From contig NZ_RSDW01000001.1 of NCBI RefSeq assembly GCF_003945235.1, forward strand, positions 5,970,001 through 6,002,000: a DNA stretch of 32,000 nt, written 5' to 3'. The notes beneath the pieces are model-generated. The model did not search any database and had not been told where the DNA came from. It was given only the letters and a program-made list of their open reading frames with translations. The DNA comes from Edaphobacter aggregans. GTDB lineage: Bacteria; Acidobacteriota; Terriglobia; Terriglobales; Acidobacteriaceae. Of this stretch, positions 7,843-16,900 are shown one piece after another. Every line of letters begins with the position of its first letter. Within the stretch, counting starts at the first letter, position 1. A program made the position numbers and the translations under genes.

Positions 7843-10800
7843 TTACGCAACAGCGCGCCGATTCAGGTTTACGCTGACGATCTTCGACACGCCCGGCTCC
7901 TGCATCGTGACCCCGTAGATTACGTCCGCCTGAGCCATCGTCCGCTTGCTGTGCGTAATCACCACGAACTGTGTCGTCGCACTCATGTCGTGGATCAGCT
8001 TGGCAAACCGGCCCACGTTCGTCTCGTCCAGCGGTGCATCGACCTCGTCCAGGATGCAGAACGGCGCAGGCTGGAACTGGAAGATACCAACCAGCAGCGA
8101 CAGTGCCGTAAGCGCCTTCTCTCCACCCGAAAGCAGCAGAATATTCTGCAGCTTCTTGCCGGGAGGCGAAGCCAGAATGTCGATCCCGCTCTCCGCCGAG
8201 TTCTCCGCATCCGTCAGCTTCATCGATGCTTGCCCACCGCCAAACAGTTTCGTAAAGGTCGTCGAGAAGTTCTCGTTGATCACCTTGAACGCCTCGTCAA
8301 ACTTGATCTTCGACACCTCGTCGATCTCCTTGATCGAAGCCTGCGTGTTCTCAATCGAATCCAACAGGTCCTTGCGCTGCGTCTCGAGGAAGCTATGCCG
8401 CTGAGTCGTCTCGGTGTATTCCTCAAGCGCCATCATGTTCACTGGTCCCATCGCTTCGAGCCGCTGCTTCAGCGCACGAGCCTCTTCTTCCTCTGTGTGC
8501 AGCGCGTCGCCTTCGATCCGCACGATGCCCTCATCGCTCCGCAGCGTAACCGCCTCGACCGCTAGATCGTTCAGACACGTCGCATCGATGTGCTCAATGT
8601 CAGAAGCCAGCTTAGCTGCACGAGCCGTCAGCGCAGCCCGCTGCTCACGAAGCGCCTCGGTTTCATGGCGCAGCGTACGAAGCCGCTGATCCAGCTCCGC
8701 CACAGCAGTCCGCAACTCAGTGGCCTCAGCTGTCAGACGAGCCCCCTCCGCCACAGCAGTAGCCCGAGTCTCTGACAACTCGCTATGCTGAGTAGCCAGC
8801 GCGGCAGTCTCCTCCTCGCGCCGCAGCTTCTCCTGCCCAGCCGCCGAAAGCTGCTGATCGAGCTGCTGAATCCGCTGATTCTGCCCGTTGTAAAGCCGAG
8901 TCGTCTGGTCAAAGTTAGCCTGCGCATTACGCCGCCGCTCCTCCAACCCAGCCAGCGCAGCAGAGGCCTCAGCCGCAGCCTGCTGCAGTTCTTCACGCCG
9001 CCCGCGAAGCTCATCCAACTGAAGCTGCAACTCCGCCAGCGAAGCCTCCAGCGTAGCCCGCTCATTCTCAAACGCCGCAGCCTCCTGCTGACGCCGGCCG
9101 ATCAACTCCGCCTTCTGGTCGCGGGCATTGCGATTGCGTTCGCTCGTCAGCGACCAATCCTGCAGCCGCCGCTCAATCCGGGCAACCTCCGACTCCATCT
9201 GTCGCAGCGCCGCACCCGAGTTCGCCGATTCCCGCTCAGCATCCCGCCGCTCATGCGTCTTGCCCTCAATCGTTGCGTTCAGCTCGGCAATCTGATGCTG
9301 CAGTTTCGCCGTATGAATATCCGTCTGAGCTAGCTCCTGCTCAGCCTTCTCGACCTTCTGCTGCACCTCAGCCAGCTCACGCTTCAGCGCCAGCGGCCCC
9401 TGCGCCCGTGGCCGTCCACCCGTCACCGTAACGTTGTGGAATGTCTCTCCCGACGGAGCCAAAAAGAACGCATGCGGATTTGAAAGCGCCAGCGATCGTG
9501 CCGTGTACGAGTCCGGCGCCACAAAACCCTCCCGCAGCTTAGGCAAAATCACCTCAAGCGACTTCCCAAAGCCATCGAGCACGCGCACGCACTCCTTCAG
9601 CGGTACAACACCCTCGATGCCCTCAATATTCGTCTGCGCCGCGCTCTTCATGCCCTCAGCAAAAGCAAAGTTCGCCTGCGCATCATTCGGATGAACCAGA
9701 AACGTAGCCCGCCCAGCCACATCTGTCTGCAACAGATGCATCCCCGCATCCGCAGCATCCCAGCTCTTTACGACGATGTAGTTCAGCTCATCGCGCAAAA
9801 ACTCATCGACGACGCTCTCGTACTTCCCATCCACCTCAAGAAAGTCCGCCAGCGTCCCCACAGCAGCCATGCCATTCGTATTCTGCTTGTAAGTCTCCGT
9901 CTTGAAGATATTCCGCACAGTATCGGTCGAGTAGCTATGCTCCCGAATCAGCGCCTCAAGCGACCCGCGCCGCCCATTCAAGCTCGCCACCTCACCGCGC
10001 AACTGATCGCCCCTGCGCTTCGACTGCGACTCCTCACTGCGATGAGCCTCAATCTGCGCCCTTAGCTCGCTAATCTCAGCCTCAAGCCGCTTCAACCGCT
10101 CCGTCACCGACTCAAACGACAGCTTCACCTGCCCACGCTGCAACCCCAGCGTCTCCAGCTCCTGCCGCGCAATATCCGACTCCGAAGCCAGCCGCTGAGC
10201 CTCCTGATCCAGCCCTGCCAGCGAAGCCGCAGCCTGCGCCTCTTCATTCCGAGTCTGCGAGATCCGCTGCACCAGCTGCATCGTCGCCCGCCGATTCTGC
10301 TCCACCTGCTGCTCTGCCGAAGCGACCGCCCGCAGCGCCTCCTGCGCCTGTGCCTGCTGCTGCTGCACCGCCTCACGCGAGCCCGAAGACTCCGCCGTAG
10401 CGCTCTCCAGAAAGCTCTTGTGCTGCTCTACCTCACCCGCCAGCGAAGCCAGCTGCTCCCGCGCCTGCGCCAGATCGTCAGCACCGGTAGCAAGCCGATT
10501 CGTCAACTCAGCAATGCGGTCCGCATTCGCAGCCGTGCGAGCCGTAATCCGCTCCAGCTCCACAGCCGACTGATTCGCCTGAGCCCCCGCCTCGCGAATC
10601 TGCTGATCCAGCGTATAGCCGTTGCGGATGCCCTCCGTATGCTCCGCGTCCATCGCATCAACCGTAGCGGCCTGCGAGTCGATCTGGCTGGCCAGCGCCG
10701 TAATCTTCTCCGTCGTGGCAGCCTGTTCCGTATCCAACTGAGCCATCCGGCTGGCAAGCACAACCCGCAGCCGCGTACGAAGCTCATCCCGCAGCGTGCC

Positions 10801-11712
10801 ATAACGCTCTGCCTTGGCAGCCTGGCGTTTCAGCGTGCCCATCTGCCGAGTCACTTCTTCAAAAATGTCGTTCACACGCGAAAGGTTCTGCTTGGCCGAC
10901 TCCAGCCTTAGCTCCGCCAGCCGCTTCTTCGTCTTGAACCGCGTAATTCCCGCGGCCTCTTCGAGGATGCTGCGCCGATCCAGCGGCTTCGAGCTGAGCA
11001 GCTGTCCAATGCGCTCCTGCCCGATGATCGCGTACGACTCGCCACCCAGGCCCGTGCCCATAAAGATGTCCTGAATATCCCGCAGCCGGCAGATCTTCCC
11101 GTTCAGCAGATACTCGCTGTCGCCCGACCGGAACAGCCGTCGCGTAATCGTCAGCTCGCCCGCACGAATCGGAGCCCGCCCAAACTTCCGGCGACGAATC
11201 TTCAGCACCACATTGTTAGGATTCGCTGCGACCTCCGCAGCCGCAGCTTCACTCTCAGGGGAGGGAACTGCCTGCGGCCCCTTGCCCTCCGTCTCAATCA
11301 CCGTCCCCGGCTGAGCCTCAGCCACGGCCTCTTCGGTCTCAGCAGCGGTCGTCTGACGCAGTGAAGTCTCGTCCCAGTCGTTCGGCAGGTTGTCGTCGAT
11401 GACGATCTCAGGCTCATCGCCCAGCGCGGCTCCGTCATACACCTCGGGGTCGACCAGCGTTAGTGACACCTCAGCCATGCCCGTCGGTTTGCGGTCACGC
11501 GTACCGGCAAAGATGACGTCCTCCATCTTGATGCCGCGCAGTGATTTGGCCGACTGCTCGCCCAGCACCCACGTGATGGCGTCAGAGATGTTCGACTTGC
11601 CGCAGCCGTTCGGCCCGACAATCGCCGCGATGCCTTCTCCGGAGAGCTGGACCTCGGTGCGATCGCAGAAGGATTTGAAGCCTAGGATCTGGACTTTCTT
11701 GAGCTTGAGCAA
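7843..11712 (-). CDS. smc: Chromosome segregation protein SMC
   Basis: N-terminal Walker A (LKKVQILGFKSF...GPNGCGKSN). Long coiled-coil Q/E/A/R-rich arms. Hinge region. C-terminal signature LSGGEKALTALSLL and Walker B FCILDEVDAPLD. TTG start with GAGG upstream. Confidence 0.95.
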   Translation of the reverse strand: MLKLKKVQILGFKSFCDRTEVQLSGEGIAAIVGPNGCGKSNISDAITWVLGEQSAKSLRGIKMEDVIFAGTRDRKPTGMAEVSLTLVDPEVYDGAALGDEPEIVIDDNLPNDWDETSLRQTTAAETEEAVAEAQPGTVIETEGKGPQAVPSPESEAAAAEVAANPNNVVLKIRRRKFGRAPIRAGELTITRRLFRSGDSEYLLNGKICRLRDIQDIFMGTGLGGESYAIIGQERIGQLLSSKPLDRRSILEEAAGITRFKTKKRLAELRLESAKQNLSRVNDIFEEVTRQMGTLKRQAAKAERYGTLRDELRTRLRVVLASRMAQLDTEQAATTEKITALASQIDSQAATVDAMDAEHTEGIRNGYTLDQQIREAGAQANQSAVELERITARTAANADRIAELTNRLATGADDLAQAREQLASLAGEVEQHKSFLESATAESSGSREAVQQQQAQAQEALRAVASAEQQVEQNRRATMQLVQRISQTRNEEAQAAASLAGLDQEAQRLASESDIARQELETLGLQRGQVKLSFESVTERLKRLEAEISELRAQIEAHRSEESQSKRRGDQLRGEVASLNGRRGSLEALIREHSYSTDTVRNIFKTETYKQNTNGMAAVGTLADFLEVDGKYESVVDEFLRDELNYIVVKSWDAADAGMHLLQTDVAGRATFLVHPNDAQANFAFAEGMKSAAQTNIEGIEGVVPLKECVRVLDGFGKSLEVILPKLREGFVAPDSYTARSLALSNPHAFFLAPSGETFHNVTVTGGRPRAQGPLALKRELAEVQQKVEKAEQELAQTDIHTAKLQHQIAELNATIEGKTHERRDAERESANSGAALRQMESEVARIERRLQDWSLTSERNRNARDQKAELIGRRQQEAAAFENERATLEASLAELQLQLDELRGRREELQQAAAEASAALAGLEERRRNAQANFDQTTRLYNGQNQRIQQLDQQLSAAGQEKLRREEETAALATQHSELSETRATAVAEGARLTAEATELRTAVAELDQRLRTLRHETEALREQRAALTARAAKLASDIEHIDATCLNDLAVEAVTLRSDEGIVRIEGDALHTEEEEARALKQRLEAMGPVNMMALEEYTETTQRHSFLETQRKDLLDSIENTQASIKEIDEVSKIKFDEAFKVINENFSTTFTKLFGGGQASMKLTDAENSAESGIDILASPPGKKLQNILLLSGGEKALTALSLLVGIFQFQPAPFCILDEVDAPLDETNVGRFAKLIHDMSATTQFVVITHSKRTMAQADVIYGVTMQEPGVSKIVSVNLNRRAVA

Positions 11713-12045
11713 AGGAACCTCTGCGGCGAGAACCGGATTGGTTTCAGAAGGTCTCGCCTGCCTCTTAAGACTGATTCAACTCTAGTCGCGTGGGATGCCA
11801 GAATCAACGGCAACAACACCACCAGTTGTGGATAAGGCGTACGAAACACTACCAATGGGTGAGCAGGACAGAATAGAGTCGCCTCTATCGTCAACGGAGA
11901 AATTCTGGCAAAGTTCAGACAACGACATGACACATACTGATCCCTGAACCTGATACAACACGTGGTCTGAATTTGTCGCGGCTCTTCACCATGCTCAAGG
12001 AGTAGATTCGGATTGAACTCAGGCGACGATCTTTCTGGCCGACAC

Positions 12046-12074
12046 TTGCCACGGAGCAACCTGATTTCTATAAT
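12046..12074 (+). promoter_or_regulatory. Candidate strong sigma70-type promoter (TTGCCA-17 nt-TATAAT)
   Basis: TTGCCA at 12046-12051, an exact 17-nt spacer, and consensus TATAAT at 12069-12074. It lies about 175 nt upstream of the ATG at 12249. Confidence 0.4.
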
Positions 12075-12248
12075 CCCCATCATCATCCCTAGCAACAAGC
12101 ACTTCAAACATGCTTGACCGAGAGGGCCCGGCATTTAAAACTGTCGGGTGATTGCACAATGGAGTGCTTTGGGATTTATGGTATATCCAACTGACCGCAG
12201 GGCTACCGGTGGCAGAACTTTGCAAGAAAGATTTACGAGGAGTGTGGA

Positions 12249-13553
12249 ATGAAGAAGGTAGTCGTTGCGTCTCTCCTGGCCGTTGCTAGCGTGGCCCCGG
12301 TCACGCGGATGGCATTTGCCCAGACACAGGTGAATCTGGGATCGAACGCTCAGTCAGCTGGCGGAATCCAGATGTCTCCAGCGGAATACAAGGCCTATAA
12401 CGATGCGATCTCGCAGGGCACGCCGCAAACCAAGGCTCCTGCACTCGAGGCGTATCTAACGGCTTATCCGCAGTCCGCCGTCAAGGCGGCTACGCTGGAA
12501 CAGTTGATGCTGGCTTACAGCAGCTTTGACCCTGCCAAGACTCTCGATGCGGCCGACCGGTTGCTTCAGGTCGACCCCAACAATCTGCGCGCCCTCACCT
12601 TCGCCGTCTTCTTCCGTCTGCAGACGGGCGATCAGGCGACCGATCCCGCAGCCAAGCAGGCCGCTTACGACAAGGCAGCCGAGTTTGCTAAAAAGGGCCT
12701 GACCGTAACTAAGCCCGCGGAGATGAGCGACGCCGACTTCACCGCTCTGAAAGCAGCAGCGACTCCGGTCTTCTACCGCGCCATCGCCGCCGCCGCTCTG
12801 GGCAGGAAAGATGCAGCCGCCGCGATCGCTGCCCTCAAGAGCAGCCTGACCAGCGTCCCCGAAGCCGAGACCGCCAAGCCCGGACCGCTCCTGCAAGATA
12901 CCTTCACTCTCGGTTCGGCCTTCTATCAGTCCACGCCGCCCGACTTCGCCAACTGCGCCTGGTTCGCCGCGCGCGCCGCAGGTCTCGCTCCTGAGCCCTA
13001 CAAGACCCAGATGATGCCGCTGGCCAAGTACTGCTACAAGAAGTTCCACGGTGCCGATGACGGCTTCGACGCGCTGCTCGCAGCCGCCACTGCCCACCTC
13101 ATCCAGCCGGCCGACTTCGTCATCAAGCCCGCTCCGTCACCCGCCGACATCGTCAGGCAGGTGATCGCGAGCACGCCTGATCTGGCCACCCTCGCCGTCT
13201 CCGACAAGGAGTTCATCCTCCAGAACGGCAGCCCCGAGGACGCAGCCAAGGTCTGGGACACCATCAAGGGCAAGTCAGTGCAGTTCCCGGATGCAACGGT
13301 AGTCTCCGTCACCGATACGGCGCTGCTCGTTGCGGTCTCCGACGACGCAGTCCAGTCGAAGACGGCAGACTTCACCTTCCAGCTCGCCGCCCCCTTGAAG
13401 ACGCCTCCCGCAGTCGGCTCCAAGGTAACGGTCACCGGAACCTACGCTTCGTTCACGCCCAGCCCGCTGATGATCATCATGAGCGACGGCGCGCTCGTCG
13501 AACCGAAGCCGGTGAAGAAGCCCACCCCCGTGCACCACACACCGCACCGCTAA
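12249..13553 (+). CDS. Secreted hypothetical protein with a TPR-like N-terminal region
   Basis: ATG preceded by GAGGAG. Signal peptide MKKVVVASLLAVASVAPVTRMAFAQ. Ala-rich helical repeats (LLQVDPNNLRALTFAVFF...). Lys/Pro/His-rich C-terminal tail. Confidence 0.6.
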   Translation: MKKVVVASLLAVASVAPVTRMAFAQTQVNLGSNAQSAGGIQMSPAEYKAYNDAISQGTPQTKAPALEAYLTAYPQSAVKAATLEQLMLAYSSFDPAKTLDAADRLLQVDPNNLRALTFAVFFRLQTGDQATDPAAKQAAYDKAAEFAKKGLTVTKPAEMSDADFTALKAAATPVFYRAIAAAALGRKDAAAAIAALKSSLTSVPEAETAKPGPLLQDTFTLGSAFYQSTPPDFANCAWFAARAAGLAPEPYKTQMMPLAKYCYKKFHGADDGFDALLAAATAHLIQPADFVIKPAPSPADIVRQVIASTPDLATLAVSDKEFILQNGSPEDAAKVWDTIKGKSVQFPDATVVSVTDTALLVAVSDDAVQSKTADFTFQLAAPLKTPPAVGSKVTVTGTYASFTPSPLMIIMSDGALVEPKPVKKPTPVHHTPHR

Positions 13554-13573
13554 TAGGCAGTGATAACCAAAAC

Positions 13574-13610
13574 AGAAGAGGCAGCCTTCGGGCTGCCTCT
13601 TCTCTTGCTT
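13574..13610 (+). terminator. Hairpin terminator after the 12249-13553 gene
   Basis: AGAAGAGGCAGCC-TTCG-GGCTGCCTCTTCT is a perfect 13-bp stem with a tetraloop, 21 nt after the stop. The T-tract that follows is weak (CTTGCTT); the opposite strand gives GTTTTGGTT. Confidence 0.65.
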
Positions 13611-13692
13611 GTCCTCCCCGCGGGGGGATCTGCAGTTGCAGTTGTCGTTGCTCATTCTTTGGTTGTCATCCCGTAGGGATCTGCTTTTGCAC
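13611..13692 (+). repeat. Two tandem units of the hairpin/GCAGTTG dispersed repeat family (family H)
   Basis: Unit 1 is GTCCTCCCCGCGGGGGGATCTGCAGTTGCAGTTGTCGTTG and unit 2 is GTTGTCATCCCGTAGGGATCTGCTTTTGCAC. Related copies occur at 21913-21965 and 29594-29650. Confidence 0.75.
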
Positions 13693-13715
13693 TACCCTCT
13701 CCACAAATCCTGCAT

Positions 13716-13730
13716 ATTGGTCTGACCAAT
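13716..13730. promoter_or_regulatory. Perfect 15-bp palindrome ATTGGTC-T-GACCAAT (operator-like)
   Basis: The 7-bp arms are exact reverse complements around one central base. It lies in an A/T-rich stretch between convergent genes. Confidence 0.4.
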
Positions 13731-13770
13731 AAAATATTCCAATTCGTGCCGTATTTTCAGACTCCCAAAA

Positions 13771-13904
13771 GTGACCATCCGCTAACCACGATTGCCACAC
13801 TTTGCACCGCTAAGTGACCATAAAAACACCACATCTACCACCCACTTTTCCCAAAACCCCCAATAAAAACACTAAAACCACCATCAAAAAAAATCCGCCA
13901 AAAA
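13771..13904 (-). repeat. GCGGAT / G+T-rich repeat (family G), read on the minus strand, starting at the hydrolase stop codon
   Basis: The minus strand reads TGA-TTTTTGGCGGATTTTTTTTGATGGTGGTTTTAGTGTTTTTATTGGGGGTTTTGGGAAAAGTGGGTGGTAGATGTGGTGTTTTT...TTAGCGGATGGTCAC. This parallels 19389-19535. Confidence 0.65.
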
Positions 13905-16900
13905 TCAGCTGGTAAGCCACCGCAAAGCATTCGCCAAAAACCGCTGTTGCAAGACGGGATGAAGTTCAGGAACCCGCTGATACAGCACCTTCGTCGATCC
14001 CAGCTTGGTCGTAAACGTCCCGGCCCCAATGTTCCGGTCATGATCCCGGCTATACGCTGCAACGATCTCCACGTTAGCCCCATCCACCAGCAAGCCATTG
14101 GATTGACGACCCTTAGCCTGATAATGAAACCCCATGGCCTGATCCACCGGCATCCCCTCATAGACCGAATGCCTACGCACAAAGTACCAATTCCCCATCC
14201 ACGGAGCGCGGAAGTCGCCAACAGTACCGTTGTAACTAAAGGCCCCGGCACCAGCGAGTTGCTTGGCAACGCCTTCAGAGAGCACATCCGTCTGGGGAAG
14301 AGCAAACAGCGGAGTACCGCCCTGAACCGCTTCAAGGATGCCCGACGCGAGCGTCCCAGGCTGCGTTGTGAGCGTGCCCTCGCCCGGTTCTGGCTTACCT
14401 ACCCCAGGCGCCGTGCTGGGCTTCGCAGGCTGCGCTTCCAGGCCCGTAGTATCGCCAGCATTCTGCACAGCAGACGACTTCGCAGTAAGGCCGGAAGAGA
14501 CGATGACGTCGTACTTCTGGCCAGGAACAAAGTCCTGAACAGTAACGTCGAGCAGATCGCTCAACTGCTTACGCAACGCTGGCGTGATGCCTGAGACTCC
14601 CACGGTCAGCGGGCGGCGCTGAGGAGTCTTGGGGTTGGCAACCCAGATCTCCTTGGTCTGTGTGGCAAGCGGCGCGCTGGAGAGAGCGAACTTGAAGGTA
14701 TAAAGCCCCTCTTCGGTGAGCGGTGGAGTCTTCAGCGCTTCTTTCACAAGGTAGCTGAACTGCTCTGGAACATGCGCCGGAGCAGGCAACTGCTCCACGC
14801 GGAAGCGCTTGCCAGACGGCGAAATTCCAACAAAATCAAGGGTGCCGGTGGCAGGGACCTTGGTGTCGTTGAGCAGGAAAAGGTCGAAGGTGGCGGACTG
14901 GCCGAGTGGGGTGCAGGCGCTGCGCTGCTTGGCTACGGGCCGCACAGGGAGCAGTGTGCCCGAGATAGGGCTGGGATCGGACTTGAAGTTGCGGAGGTTG
15001 TCGACGATACCGGAGTGATTCTCGATGGCTGTGGTCTCCCAGCCTGAGATGGCGGCGAAGTCGAGGGGGTCGCTGATGCGGGCGTTCTCAAGGTAGTTCT
15101 GCCAGCTGACGTAGCACTTGCGGCCAAGCGCGAGCCAGAGTGATTCGGTAGTCGGGAAAGCTCCGCGGAAGTTCCAGCGATCCAGAAATTTGTCGGTGGC
15201 CTCCAAAATTTCCTTGTGATCAGTGAGATCGAAGCTGGTGCCGCCATATCTGGCGAAGGTATCCGTGATCTGGTGGATCATGAGGGAGTGGTTGTCGGGG
15301 GTGGCACACCCTTCCATCTCGCCGTATTCGGTGAGGACCTTGGTGTAGGGGGCCTTGTAGGTGAAGGTGCGTGGGTCGGTGTAGAACTCGTCGTACCATT
15401 GGTCGCCGGCGCCCTGGTGATTGTTCCACCAGCCTCCCCACTCCTCCTGGTCAGAGCGGTGGAGCTTGTCGTTCCAAGGCTCGTACCAGGCCTGCGCAGC
15501 GGAGCGTGGCGGCGGTGAAAAGCCGTCGTTGAGGGCGATGATGCGGCTGGGGTCTTCGGCGCGCATGGCGGAGAGTATGGCAATCGTGTCGGGGTTGTGG
15601 AGGTCGGCGCCGATCTCGTTCTGGAGCGTGTACTGGATGAGCGAAGGGTGGCTGCGGAAGGCGCGGACCATGGCGACACACTTGGCCTTGGTGAAGCGCT
15701 GGGCGAACCTGTCTGCCTCGGTCTGTGGCTTGGCGAGCTTGACTCCTGGGTTGGCGATGGCTCCTTCGCCTGATGGTGTGGGAGCGGGTGCGCCGATGGC
15801 CAGCTTGCCTCCGCCGGGTTCCATGTAGCGGAGCAGGCCGAGGCGATCGTGGGCGCGGAAGACCTCCTCTTTGCCGACGTTGCGGTGGAAGTTGAGGCAG
15901 TTGAGGTTGAGCTTCTTGGCCTGCGTGACTTCCTTCTCGGCCAGCTCGGGCGTGGGGAAGAGACCGTTGAGTCCCCAGTAACCCCAGGAGATGGCGGTGT
16001 AGAGCTTGATGCGGCGTCCGTTGAGGCGAAAGATCGCGTTCGAGCCAAGGCCATCTGGAGCGAAGGTGCGGAAGCCGAAGGGGATGGTTCGGGTGTCGGT
16101 TCCAGTCGATGTCTGGCTCGTAATCCGCAAGTGATACATGCGCGGGGAATTGATGTCCCATAATTCCCCTTCAGGAAACGTGATCTCCTTCTCCGATTTC
16201 CTCAACGGCTCGATCGGTGACATGATCGTCTCGCTTGAGATACCTCCTGTGCCTCGGATCGGATCTTCCGAGTTGGTGAGGTTGATAACTACTTCGCCGT
16301 GAAAGGGGGTCGTTCCCTTATTAAATTGCTTCCCGGTTTGCAGATCGATCAGCTCCCAATTCACCAACTGTGAAGTTGACGGCCCAATCGTCTCAATAAC
16401 CGCTGTCGCTTTTATCGTCTTGGGCGAGGGCGTGTTGAGCACCCACGCGTCCTTGATGCGGACATTCCCATGTGCCGAGATGGTCATGCCGCGGTCGAGG
16501 CCGCCGAAGCCGTGGGAGCGGTATAGGCGTACGGCCCCCCACTGGGCGTTCAGGCCGTCGACCCAGTCGTAGCGGCCGAAGGGGTTGGTGATCCGGATGG
16601 CGATGAGGTTAAAGCCACCGGGATCGGCTGCGTGGGTGAGGTCGCACTCGAAGGGTAGCTCTTCCATAATGGAGTAGCCGACGAGCTTGTGGTTGACGAA
16701 GACCTCGGCGCGTAGGCGGGCTCCGCGGATGTGAAGGAAGATACGCTTGCCCTTCCAGTCTTCCGGAATTTCGATCTGGCGGTGCCACCAGGAGACGCCT
16801 AGGTAGGCTCCGTTCTGGGGGATGGGGTCGTCGGCGCCGTAGCGGTACTCCTCGGGGGTGTAGGGGCGCTGGCCGAACTTACCCCAGAAGTGCTGCTCGA

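Noticed and set aside
11827-11835. Perfect DnaA box (TGTGGATAA, reverse complement of TTATCCACA), which could hint at oriC
   Set aside because: It is a single isolated 9-mer. One such match in a window of this size on two strands is not surprising by chance. There is no cluster of boxes, no AT-rich DUE and no dnaA/dnaN nearby.
11682-12134. 150-aa minus-strand ORF in the long smc-upstream spacer
   Set aside because: It overlaps the smc start. It is Cys/Arg/Leu-rich with a random-looking sequence, has no Shine-Dalgarno sequence, and lies in an A/T-richer region where long ORFs are less constrained. It is treated as non-coding.
15278-16161. 258-aa and 236-aa minus-strand ORFs in alternative frames of the hydrolase gene (Pro/Arg/Ser/Thr-rich)
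   Set aside because: They are off-frame ORFs inside a gene whose main frame carries clear glycoside hydrolase motifs. Their composition is typical of GC-rich frame artefacts.
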